NCBI GenBank assembly: GCA_029259115.1
Contig: JAPDJO010000035.1
Coordinates: 1,769 to 65,768 of the forward strand
Source of the DNA: Thermoplasmatota archaeon
GTDB taxonomy: Archaea; Thermoplasmatota; E2; DHVEG-1; B18-G2
DNA: 64,000 bases
Reading direction: 5' to 3'
Of this stretch, positions 1 through 8,387 are shown in pieces. The notes under the pieces are model-generated. The model did not search any database, was not told where the DNA came from, and saw only the letters and a program-made list of their open reading frames with translations. The stretch's first letter is position 1. Each line of letters opens with the position of its first letter. A program made the position numbers and the translations under genes.

Positions 1-117
1 AATCACGTAACCTTTACTAGAGAGCATGCTAGAAGTGAAGCTACAGAAGATTCTGACACAGATCTGATGGTGGTCATAAAAGGGGAGATCAAACCAAGAG
101 GGAGATTGACAAGATGA
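1..117 (+). CDS. 3' end of a nucleotidyltransferase-like ORF (5' part outside the window), possibly degenerate
   Basis: My frame-1 translation reads ...VTFTREHARSEATEDSDTDLMVVIKGEIKPRGRLTR*, with the stop at 115-117. EDSDTDLMVV resembles the hG[GS]..D.D motif region of minimal (MNT-type) nucleotidyltransferases. However, the GS position reads RE and the ORF ends soon after the motif. Confidence 0.3.
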   Translation, partial: NHVTFTREHARSEATEDSDTDLMVVIKGEIKPRGRLTR

Positions 118-240
118 TAGACATGAGGAATATAGAAAAACTAAAAGTCCATTGCTCATAAACATAAGAAAAGAAGATATTTTGTGAGTCGATTAGCAGA
201 ACATTAAATTAAAATATTGAATTTTATTTATCTGTAGATG

Positions 241-336
241 CCCGCCTTAGCTCAGTCTGGCCAGAGCGGTCGGCTGTAGACCCCCACGCTCTGGGCAGGA
301 ACCGACAGGTCCCCGGTTCAAATCCGGGAGGCGGGA
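241..336 (+). tRNA. tRNA-Tyr (GUA) with a 21-nt intron at the canonical 37/38 position
   Basis: Hand-folded cloverleaf:
- Acceptor CCCGCCT/AGGCGGG, giving the C1:G72 pair typical of archaeal/eukaryal tRNA-Tyr, with A73.
- D arm GCTC/GAGC.
- Anticodon stem GTCGG/CCGAC; loop CTGTAG|A with anticodon GTA.
- T arm CCCGG-TTCAAAT-CCGGG.
- No encoded CCA. Confidence 0.9.
280..300 (+). other. tRNA-Tyr intron (bulge-helix-bulge substrate)
   Basis: Exon bases CUGU (32-35) pair with intron GCAG to form the 4-bp central helix. It is flanked by 3-nt bulges AG^A and GA^A. The intron also has an internal CCC/GGG helix. This is a canonical 3-4-3 BHB motif. Confidence 0.8.
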
Positions 337-384
337 CTCTTCCTCCAAATATTTTTAATCTCCGCTCTCCTTTCAATTGGAGAA

Positions 385-1401
385 ATGAGATCAAAAGCAG
401 TTAAGGTTCCACTCAACGAAGGAGAAGAAACCAGAAGGATCCTGCGAAAGGAAGGCATCCTTCGTAAAGATCTTGTACCGATAAAAAGGGATTGTTTCAT
501 CCTCTTTCCAGTTGAAAGAGAGGTCGAAGGCTTTGAGATTGTAGAAGATGATTTCAGACCCAAAAGAAAGAGAATAAACAGTTACAGAGATATCGTAAAC
601 ATCCCCAACAAACTAAAAGAAATTCTCCCATCATCGTATGACATCATTGGAGATATCATCCTAATCAAAATCCCTGATGGACTCAAATCTTACCAGAGAG
701 AGATAGGAGGAGCTCTACTCAAAGCCCACAAGAGCATAAAAGCCGTATATCATGCAGAACCGGTAAGAGGAGAGCTTAGGGTAAGAAATCTGGTGCATCT
801 TGCGGGAGAGAAAAGAACAACCACCATCTACAGAGAATACGGCATCGAAATGGAGGTGGATGTTGCAAAGGTCTTCTTCTCTCCCCGCCTTTCTGGAGAA
901 AGATACAGGATCGCAAAACTGGTAAAGAATGAAGAGATAATAATAGATATGTTTACTGGCTGTGCCCCATTCTCTTTGGTTATAGCAAAGCATGCAAATC
1001 CCAAAATCATCTATGCCATAGATATTAACGAATATGCCATCGAACTCGCAAGAAAAAATGTCAAGAGAAACAAGATGCTTCACAAGATAGAAGTCATACA
1101 TGGAGATTCGAGCAAAGTTGTGAGAGATCTCGCAAAGAAAGGCATAAGAGCTGACAGAATCATAATGAATCTTCCCTTTAGAGCCAGAGAGTTTTTACCA
1201 GATGCTCTCGAAGTATCAAAAGATAGTACCATCATACATTATTACTCTGTCCTGAATGAAAACCAGATAGAGGAACATATAGGTCATCTGAAGGATATCA
1301 CGAATAATCGCATAGATGTGCTCAAAATAAATAGGATAAAAACTTATGCACCGAGAGAGTTTTATATCTGCTTTGATATCTCTGTTAGCAAGCCGGCGTA
1401 G
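385..1401 (+). CDS. trm5: tRNA (guanine37-N1)-methyltransferase Trm5 (Met-10+/TYW2 family)
   Basis: 338-aa ORF with the class I SAM-binding motif IIIDMFTGCAPFSL and the catalytic NLP loop (IIMNLPFRA). Length and D1-D2-D3 layout are typical of archaeal Trm5. Subtype a/b/c was not determined. Confidence 0.8.
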   Translation: MRSKAVKVPLNEGEETRRILRKEGILRKDLVPIKRDCFILFPVEREVEGFEIVEDDFRPKRKRINSYRDIVNIPNKLKEILPSSYDIIGDIILIKIPDGLKSYQREIGGALLKAHKSIKAVYHAEPVRGELRVRNLVHLAGEKRTTTIYREYGIEMEVDVAKVFFSPRLSGERYRIAKLVKNEEIIIDMFTGCAPFSLVIAKHANPKIIYAIDINEYAIELARKNVKRNKMLHKIEVIHGDSSKVVRDLAKKGIRADRIIMNLPFRAREFLPDALEVSKDSTIIHYYSVLNENQIEEHIGHLKDITNNRIDVLKINRIKTYAPREFYICFDISVSKPA

Positions 1402-1464
1402 CTCAGCTGGTAGAGCGGGTGACTTGTAATCACCAGGTCGGGGGTTCGAATCCCTCCGCCGGCT
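1392..1464 (+). tRNA. tRNA-Thr (UGU)
   Basis: Cloverleaf:
- Acceptor GCCGGCG/CGCCGGC.
- D arm GCTC-AGCTGGTA-GAGC.
- Anticodon stem GGTGA/TCACC; loop CTTGTAA.
- T arm GGGGG-TTCGAAT-CCCTC.
- Discriminator T.

The gene is 73 nt. Confidence 0.9.
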
Positions 1465-3527
1465 TACCTTTTTCTCATCAACGATATCAGAGATGTTATA
1501 AGCAGGGCAAAGATTATAATTGTTGTATCAAAACCGGGTGTCTTCTTTTTCTCACTTATTTTTACGTATGTTGTTGATGATGATGTTTTGCCGTCATCGT
1601 CCTTGACTGTTAACTTGACTTCAAAAATTCCAGATTTTGAATAACTATGTGTCGGATTTACCCCATATCCTACAGATCCATCACCGAAATCCCATATATA
1701 TTCAACAATTTCTCCGTCTGGATCATAGCTACCGGAAGCATCGAATTGTATTGGTTCATTGATATTTCCGGAGTAAGGACCTCCTGGGTTTGATATTGGT
1801 GGAGTATTTTCGATTTTGCCTTTACTAATCTCGACTTCCGTAGTTTTTGTATCGCTCGTTCCGTTATTGTCAATGACAGTAAGAGTTACTATATAGGTTC
1901 CTTCTTTCTGGTATGTGTGAGATGGATTTGGATCTAGAATTTCTCCACTACCATCCCCAAAATTCCATCTGTAAAAAACAATTTCTCCGTCTGGATCATA
2001 GCTACCGGAAGCATCGAATTGTATTGGTTCATTGATATTTCCGGAGTAAGGACCTCCTGGATCTGCGATAGGTCTATCGTTAGCGGGTGGTACAGGTAGT
2101 GTTGAAAATGTCCATATATCAGATATTGTTTCGAGTTTTGAATCATTAACTACGACGTACCATGCCATAACAGTATCATAAGGTAAACGAAAAGACAATG
2201 ATGCAGTACCTTCGTTAGGTACACCATGCCTCTCTCCTATAAGCTCGTCATTGCTTGCATCATAGAAATAAACCGATAGAGAGTTACTATCTGGATCAGT
2301 GACCTTGACTTGTAATGTGGGATTTAGCCCTACATTCGTTTCGCCATCTTTTGGAGCTATAAGTTCTGGCTTATCAGGGGGTTTTAGGAATGCCCCTGTT
2401 GGATATCTATCTACTCCACCTCCCGGTATATCATAGGGGTAATCGCCGATACCATCCTGGTCTCTATCAACTTCATTATAATCGTCCCAGAAGTTACCTA
2501 TTTCACCATTATCCCATAAGTTTTCACCTTTCTCTATAGCATTTACACTGTTGTCCATAAAGATATTTTTATAGATTGTATTGTCATAGCTACCTTTTTC
2601 CGCGTAAATACCGTATAAATCTGATTTTGTTATGTTATTTCCATAGATCTGTGTGTTTGTCCCTCCTAAGAAAATTCCTATATCATTATTCTCTATAGAG
2701 TTGTTCTTTATCTCGCCATTATCTGAATGAAAATCTATACCAGTAGGGTTATCCGAGATAACATTTTTCGCAATTATGGCATTATCTCCCCCCTGAATCT
2801 CTATTCCACTAACTTTATTGTTCCACATAGTGTTGTTGGTTATATTCAAATTACTGCAATCTTGTGCATATATAGAGTATCTACTAAGGTCAATCTTGTT
2901 TCCGTAAATTATAGTATTCAGCGAATTTTGTATTTTTATACCAGCATCTGTTGAATTTACTATTTCATTGTTGACAAATGCGGTATCCGTTGAAGATCTT
3001 AACCATATGCCCTTCCCCCCATCTATTATATTGCTACCTATTGTATCACCTGTGGATGAATCGATATATATAGCCCAGGCCGTGCCATTAATTATTATAT
3101 AATTTCCCTGGATCGTTACCGTATTGCCCGTGATGTAGATAGCCGCAACGTAGCAATTGCCATCGGCAATTATTTTGAGATCCTCTATAGCGACCATATC
3201 GGCGAGTATCTCGATAGTATACCTATTTTTATCGTTCCTCCATATCATTACATTGTGTTTGTCTATAGCCTGTATTTTCACGCTCTTATCTACAACAAGA
3301 GTTTCATTGTACACTCCAGCAAATACGTATATACTATCTCCATCTTCGGCTTGGTCTATAGCATACTGTATGGATTTATATGGATGGTATACACTTCCAT
3401 CACTATCTGGATACTTGTAATTGACATCAACATATATGTCTCTAGCTGATGATAGGAAGAGGATCAAAGATCCTAATGCAACAGTGAAGATGATTAACAG
3501 CAATGCTGTCCTCGTTTTCTCAAACAT
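1464..3527 (-). CDS. Secreted cell-surface protein: N-terminal signal/anchor, right-handed parallel beta-helix (NosD/PbH1-like repeats), two PKD domains, PGF-CTERM-like sorting signal
   Basis: 687 aa.
- N-terminal hydrophobic segment ALLLIIFTVALGSLILFL.
- Repetitive I/V-x-G-N/D beta-helix turns (NNTMWNN, ISDNPTGI, IENNDIGI).
- Two PKD-type repeats (GGPYSGNINEPIQFDASGSYDPDGEIV.Y.W.FGDGS).
- C-terminus KKKTPGFDTTIIIFALLITSLISLMRKR, i.e. PGF motif + TM + basic tail. Confidence 0.75.
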   Translation of the reverse strand: MFEKTRTALLLIIFTVALGSLILFLSSARDIYVDVNYKYPDSDGSVYHPYKSIQYAIDQAEDGDSIYVFAGVYNETLVVDKSVKIQAIDKHNVMIWRNDKNRYTIEILADMVAIEDLKIIADGNCYVAAIYITGNTVTIQGNYIIINGTAWAIYIDSSTGDTIGSNIIDGGKGIWLRSSTDTAFVNNEIVNSTDAGIKIQNSLNTIIYGNKIDLSRYSIYAQDCSNLNITNNTMWNNKVSGIEIQGGDNAIIAKNVISDNPTGIDFHSDNGEIKNNSIENNDIGIFLGGTNTQIYGNNITKSDLYGIYAEKGSYDNTIYKNIFMDNSVNAIEKGENLWDNGEIGNFWDDYNEVDRDQDGIGDYPYDIPGGGVDRYPTGAFLKPPDKPELIAPKDGETNVGLNPTLQVKVTDPDSNSLSVYFYDASNDELIGERHGVPNEGTASLSFRLPYDTVMAWYVVVNDSKLETISDIWTFSTLPVPPANDRPIADPGGPYSGNINEPIQFDASGSYDPDGEIVFYRWNFGDGSGEILDPNPSHTYQKEGTYIVTLTVIDNNGTSDTKTTEVEISKGKIENTPPISNPGGPYSGNINEPIQFDASGSYDPDGEIVEYIWDFGDGSVGYGVNPTHSYSKSGIFEVKLTVKDDDGKTSSSTTYVKISEKKKTPGFDTTIIIFALLITSLISLMRKR
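1704..1787. repeat. 84-nt perfect direct repeat, copy 1 (inside the second PKD domain of the surface protein gene)
   Basis: The string aacaatttctccgtctggatcatagctaccggaagcatcgaattgtattggttcattgatatttccggagtaaggacctcctgg is identical at 1704-1787 and 1977-2060. The period is 273 nt, one PKD domain. Flanking sequence of the two domains is diverged. Confidence 0.9.
1977..2060. repeat. 84-nt perfect direct repeat, copy 2
   Basis: Same as copy 1. Confidence 0.9.
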
Positions 3528-3578
3528 CAGCTAGATATATGCAAAAATACATATTTTTGATTTGTGTTGTCTAAGAGC

Positions 3579-4031
3579 ATGAGAGTTTGTGTGGGAGGAA
3601 CTTTTGATATCCTTCACAAGGGGCATAAGGCTCTCTTAGATAGAGCCTTTGAAATCGCTGGAGAAAAAGGTGTCGTATTTATAGGTATAAGTGATGAAAA
3701 ACTGGCTAGCCAGAAAGGTGTCATGTCCAGTTATGAAGAGAGGAGAGAAAGAGTTGAAGACTATCTACAAGAAAAAGGTTATAGGAATTACAAGATAGTT
3801 CCTATAAGCAATAAGTACGGCTTAACATTAGATGAAGACTTTGACGTTATAGTTGTATCTGAAGAAACTTCCGAAGTCGCTAAGGAGATAAATAGAATTA
3901 GAAGAAAAAAAGGGCTAAAGGAGATCAAGATAGAAAAAATACCCATGGTCATGGCAGAGGATGGAAAACCTATTTCCTCAACCAGGATAAGGAAAGGGGA
4001 AATAGACGAAGAGGGGAGAATGTTGGAATAA
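3579..4031 (+). CDS. coaD: Phosphopantetheine adenylyltransferase, archaeal type (cytidylyltransferase family)
   Basis: Nucleotidyltransferase motif GGTFDILHKGHKALL, and the size (about 150 aa) matches archaeal PPAT. The tracked ORF starts at GTG 3564. The first ATG at 3579 (MRVCVGGTFD) is the more likely start. Confidence 0.7.
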   Translation: MRVCVGGTFDILHKGHKALLDRAFEIAGEKGVVFIGISDEKLASQKGVMSSYEERRERVEDYLQEKGYRNYKIVPISNKYGLTLDEDFDVIVVSEETSEVAKEINRIRRKKGLKEIKIEKIPMVMAEDGKPISSTRIRKGEIDEEGRMLE

Positions 4032-4177
4032 ACTCTCTATTCTCCTTTCTGAGGATTTAGTTATCGATATAGCCAGCCTCTGGTGTTAACTTTGAGGTAT
4101 ATGTCTTTGCGTTGTATTAAGATCATTCTATCAAAGTTCAAGTAAAGATTAAATAGGGATTTGCGATAGGGGAAGAC

Positions 4178-4477
4178 ATGGTGTATGCAATATTCGAGGT
4201 TAAGAAGGAAGATTCTAGGAAAATAGATCAAGTCTTGAAAGATGATCTAGTTAGTAGGCAGAGTATAACAACCAGAGATGCATCTGCTCTTGACATAGAT
4301 AAAGATGTAGTTTATGTTAAGATTGAAGGCAGCGAAGAAGGCGTAAAAAGGGCGGAGGAACTTTTCAAGGATATGTCAGCAAAGAGATTAAGCGATAAAG
4401 AGGCGGAGGAAATTAACGAGAAGATAAAAGCCCAAGATGAGAGTGCAGCTCTTGGAATGGGAAATATCTTTGGATAG
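4178..4477 (+). CDS. Small acidic hypothetical protein with a ribosomal-stalk-like C-terminal tail
   Basis: 99-aa ORF with coding-like composition. An acidic/lysine-rich helix (KEAEEINEKIKAQDES) is followed by the C-terminus AALGMGNIFG. I recognised no family. Confidence 0.55.
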   Translation: MVYAIFEVKKEDSRKIDQVLKDDLVSRQSITTRDASALDIDKDVVYVKIEGSEEGVKRAEELFKDMSAKRLSDKEAEEINEKIKAQDESAALGMGNIFG

Positions 4478-4479
4478 AT

Positions 4480-5484
4480 CTATAGACTCCAGTACTCCTT
4501 CAAAATCTTTTTTAATTCGTCTATTCTATCCTTCGCATAGACCGTTTCTTCAACCTTTTCTCTATAATCAAGTTCTTTCCCCGACATAGCGAGTATCTCT
4601 GAGAGAACGAGCATACCAAGTTTCTCCAGATTGTATCCTCCTTCCAAGGAGCAAATTATTCTAGGTTGCACTGATTTTAATTTACATATAATTTTGTAAA
4701 AACTCTCCGCAGATAATCTGAGACCTCCGAGCATATCCTGATAATGGGAATCAAATCCCGCAGATACGATAATTAAATCAGGTTTAAACTCCTCAGCTAT
4801 AGGGATAAAAACCTCATCCATAGCCTCAAGTACGGTTCTCTCTCCAGCACCTCTCGGCAGAGGCAGATTTATGGTGTATCCCTCTCCATCTCCTTCACCA
4901 ATCTCATCGATATCTCCAGTTCCAGGATAGTGGGGAGAAAGATGGAATGATTGGTACATTACTTTGCTACTCTCGTAAAATATATCCTGAGTTCCATTCC
5001 CATGATGTACATCATGATCAAATATCAGCACCCTTTTATTCTTCTTTGAAATTGAATAAGCTGCTAGAGCAACGTTATTCAACAGACAGAAGCCCATAGA
5101 TCTATTCTTGGTTGCATGATGGCCTGGAGGTCTCACTAGAGCGAATCCGTTTTCATCTTCTCCAGATATTATCTTAGAAGCAAGCATAACAACCCCGCCT
5201 GCCGCAAGCCTTGCTATATCATAAGAGCCTAAGCAGACATATGTATCTAGATCGATCCAACCTCCGGTTTCACTAAGCTCTCTTATTTTTTTGATCATTT
5301 CTTCTGAATGAACCTCTAAAATATCTTTTTCGTCGAGAGGTTGCGGAGAGATTATGTTCAGTTTTTCAAATGTCTTGGATTTTCTAAGTGTTCTCATTAT
5401 AGATACTAGTCGCTCCGAGTTTTCTGGATGATTGAATTGGTCATGTTCCAGAAATCTATCTGAATACACTATTAGGGTCATCAT
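4480..5484 (-). CDS. Histone deacetylase-family (arginase-fold) deacetylase, AcuC/acetylpolyamine amidohydrolase-like
   Basis: Motifs RPPGHHA, FDHDVHHGNGTQ, SAGFDSH and EGGY are diagnostic of the Zn-dependent HDAC superfamily. 334 aa. Confidence 0.8.
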   Translation of the reverse strand: MMTLIVYSDRFLEHDQFNHPENSERLVSIMRTLRKSKTFEKLNIISPQPLDEKDILEVHSEEMIKKIRELSETGGWIDLDTYVCLGSYDIARLAAGGVVMLASKIISGEDENGFALVRPPGHHATKNRSMGFCLLNNVALAAYSISKKNKRVLIFDHDVHHGNGTQDIFYESSKVMYQSFHLSPHYPGTGDIDEIGEGDGEGYTINLPLPRGAGERTVLEAMDEVFIPIAEEFKPDLIIVSAGFDSHYQDMLGGLRLSAESFYKIICKLKSVQPRIICSLEGGYNLEKLGMLVLSEILAMSGKELDYREKVEETVYAKDRIDELKKILKEYWSL

Positions 5485-5537
5485 GAGAAAATCACTTTTG
5501 ATATATTTAAGTAGTTGTTATCTATTTTTACTGGCAG

Positions 5538-8387
5538 ATGGGGGAAACTCTGTTAGGGATATCATCTGAATATCTATACATTCATAAAAGAAAACCGAAG
5601 TCTGTAGAAGAACTGCATTCTCCTCACTTTCTTGTATTTTCAAAGGATGAAAGTATAGAAAAGGATAGGAAAAGACTGATAGATGCTTGGAAAAATTCAC
5701 AGGACACTCCTCTAAGACACATAAAAGATGTTGGAGAGATAGAAACATATAGGAGCTTCTGGAATTTTGATAGAAAGGTAAAAGCCTTTAGGGTCTATGT
5801 AAATAGATCGTTCTTAGTTCCTGAGGTTAGCGATTATATCTTTTTTAACTTGAATCTGTACACAGCTGAACATGATATTCCTTACCACCAAAGGGTTCTT
5901 ATAGATCTGGCTGTCGAAGATAAGATATGGATCTTGGATACGGAAGGGATGAAGAAGGATCTGAGGGTCCTCGTCTATGATATAGAAACAACAGAATTCG
6001 AAGAGGGTAGAACCGATCTTCCTATAGATATTCTTGGATATTCCTCCTTCAACGTATCGATAGAATCTGAGAAGAATTTGGACAAAGAGGAATTCAAATT
6101 TGAGATAAAGGATATTCCTTCCAGCTGGGAAGATTGTGAGGTTGTTCAGTTCATATCCAGAAATGAAGATGATGAGATAGATAACCTGCTAAAATTTTGC
6201 AACCTGATAGAACAGCATGACATCATATCTGGCCATAACATAGTTGGTTTTGATAATCGCCAGATACATGGCAGGATAGAGAAGATCCTTAAAGAGAGGA
6301 TGGAAAACCTATCAAAAGATCAAATAGATCTCTTTAACAGATTTTTGAATCAGTACTCCAGAAAAGATAAATCCTTCCATTTTGGAGTGGGCTCAGAGAT
6401 AATAAATCTCTATCCATCAACATTCGATACTTATCTAGGAGTAAGAAAGTTCTATCCCTATCTTGACGACTTCAGCTTGAAATCCGTGGCTCCATTCCTA
6501 GACGTAAAAATAGAAGATAGAGTGTATCTCATGCCCAGTCAGATAAGGATAGATGATAGAACCCTGAAGTATAACAAGCAAGACGTTCAAGAGCAAGCAG
6601 GCGTAACCATAAATCTACTAGAGCAAGCCTTACCTCTAGCATTCACCACATGCATGCCCTTTGACATGTTGCTAGAGAGTGGAGCAGTGAACATGTGGGA
6701 TCACATGGCAATGATAAGGGCTACGAAACTGAAAAAGATAATACCTCCACTTGTCAAGGCTTTACCTTTATCTGAGAGCTTATTGAAGATGTTCCCAAAT
6801 GCAAAAAGGAAGGAAGAGATAGTCAAACTTGCTAGGGAGAAAAAGGCTCAGTTATCAAAGGATCTCACAAGAGTTGTGAAATATGGAGTTGAGATGCCTG
6901 ACTGGGTTGAGTATCCAGAGGTGATATTCAACAGATCTGCAAAAGACAGAGATGAGATTTTGAACTACCACATACCTGGTGGAATGACAATAAAACCTGA
7001 TAAGGACGCAAATTCCCATTTTATTCCATGGTACTATGTAATCGTTGCAGATGTCGGAGCAATGTATCCAACTATACTCAAAGCTTTGAACTTTGGTGCA
7101 GACGTTGTTAGATTGGCAAGAAAGGATGAGATCCCTGATTACTGGGTATGGCTCAAGAAACTGCCAAAGGAGTTTCTTGAAAGGCGTAACATAATGTGGA
7201 AGGTTGTGGACTCTGAAGAATCCTTTGCTGATTCAGGTTACATGGTTGGAATAAGGATAGACAAAGAGCCTGGCGTCGTGAATAGAGCAATGACAGGGAT
7301 AATGAATGTCATAGCTAGGATAAAAGAAGAATTAAAGAAAGAAGATGATCCTGAGAAGAAGAGAAGATTAAAGATGATTTATCAGAGTTTGAAGGGCGCA
7401 AGAAATGCTGGAACTCATGGAATACTGTCAGCTCCTACAGTGGCAGGTAGACAATTCAACATATGGGGCGCCGCTGCGATAACAACAAAAGGTCAGGAGA
7501 TTCTTTTTGATACTCTCAACAGATTGAAGGAGAAGGGTATAAGGATAGTGTATGGAGACACTGATGGTATATATCTTGCATGTTCCAGATCTATAGAAAG
7601 TGTTCCTGATCTGGCAAAGGCTTTGGGAGTAACGATAGGAGGAAAGAATGATCATTGGATAACAAAACCAGAGATTGCCTATAATGCAATAAAGGAATGC
7701 TCAGATATATGGAAGAAGAGATTGAGATATCCAGACTTCGAACTAGAGCCAGAAAAACATGATGCCATGATCTTTGTGAAACACAAGAACTATTTGATAT
7801 TTGATGGAAAAGATGGGAAGGTTGAGATGATAACCAAGGGTAACAACTTTAAAGGTTCTGATAAAGCGAATATAGCTAGGAAGGTTCTGGAGAAGATAAT
7901 GATAGAGGTATTAAGAGAAAACTATCACTGGGAAAATGAAGAGGAGGCAAGGAGAAGATTAAGACATTCCATAAGAGAGAAGACGAAAGAAATTGTTGGA
8001 AAGATAGATCTGTCAAACGTTGATATAGATGATTTAACTTTGGTTCAGTCGGTTCAACCTGCTAAAAGATATCAGCTCAATAGGGATGGAAGTCTATCTA
8101 GCTATGGAAGGAGAGCAAAGGCTCTGGAAAATCTCCTTGGAGAGAGTATAAAGACGAGGGTGAAGTTTAAGTTTGTTGTCACAAAGAAGCCTTTACCTGG
8201 AATACCAAATCCTTCAAAAAGTGGAGTTAAACCCATAGATTACATGTATCCCATAGAACTGATAAAAGATCCAAATGAGATAGATCTAGATTGGTACAAG
8301 GATATGATAGAGAATTTTGTGAAGGGTGCTTTTGGATTATCCGATCTATCTGTAGCAAGGCAAAGAGGACTGGATGCGTGGATGTGA
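5538..8387 (+). CDS. polB: Family B DNA polymerase, divergent and unusually long (949 aa)
   Basis: Motifs seen:
- N-terminal EHDIPYHQRVLIDL.
- Exo I VYDIETT, Exo II GHNIVGFDNRQI, Exo III YNKQDV.
- Pol motif A VADVGAMYPTIL.
- Motif B reads SLKGARNAGTHG where canonical is KxxxNSxYG.
- Motif C YGDTDGIY.

The catalytic acidic residues are intact. There are insertions before motif A and between motifs A and B. Confidence 0.8.
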   Translation: MGETLLGISSEYLYIHKRKPKSVEELHSPHFLVFSKDESIEKDRKRLIDAWKNSQDTPLRHIKDVGEIETYRSFWNFDRKVKAFRVYVNRSFLVPEVSDYIFFNLNLYTAEHDIPYHQRVLIDLAVEDKIWILDTEGMKKDLRVLVYDIETTEFEEGRTDLPIDILGYSSFNVSIESEKNLDKEEFKFEIKDIPSSWEDCEVVQFISRNEDDEIDNLLKFCNLIEQHDIISGHNIVGFDNRQIHGRIEKILKERMENLSKDQIDLFNRFLNQYSRKDKSFHFGVGSEIINLYPSTFDTYLGVRKFYPYLDDFSLKSVAPFLDVKIEDRVYLMPSQIRIDDRTLKYNKQDVQEQAGVTINLLEQALPLAFTTCMPFDMLLESGAVNMWDHMAMIRATKLKKIIPPLVKALPLSESLLKMFPNAKRKEEIVKLAREKKAQLSKDLTRVVKYGVEMPDWVEYPEVIFNRSAKDRDEILNYHIPGGMTIKPDKDANSHFIPWYYVIVADVGAMYPTILKALNFGADVVRLARKDEIPDYWVWLKKLPKEFLERRNIMWKVVDSEESFADSGYMVGIRIDKEPGVVNRAMTGIMNVIARIKEELKKEDDPEKKRRLKMIYQSLKGARNAGTHGILSAPTVAGRQFNIWGAAAITTKGQEILFDTLNRLKEKGIRIVYGDTDGIYLACSRSIESVPDLAKALGVTIGGKNDHWITKPEIAYNAIKECSDIWKKRLRYPDFELEPEKHDAMIFVKHKNYLIFDGKDGKVEMITKGNNFKGSDKANIARKVLEKIMIEVLRENYHWENEEEARRRLRHSIREKTKEIVGKIDLSNVDIDDLTLVQSVQPAKRYQLNRDGSLSSYGRRAKALENLLGESIKTRVKFKFVVTKKPLPGIPNPSKSGVKPIDYMYPIELIKDPNEIDLDWYKDMIENFVKGAFGLSDLSVARQRGLDAWM

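Noticed and set aside
4032-4177. Possible C/D-box sRNA or other ncRNA in this 146-nt spacer, and likewise in 50327-50472.
   Set aside because: Neither strand has a convincing C box (RUGAUGA) paired with a D box (CUGA) at the proper spacing. The only other feature is a weak 5-bp hairpin at 50364-50377.
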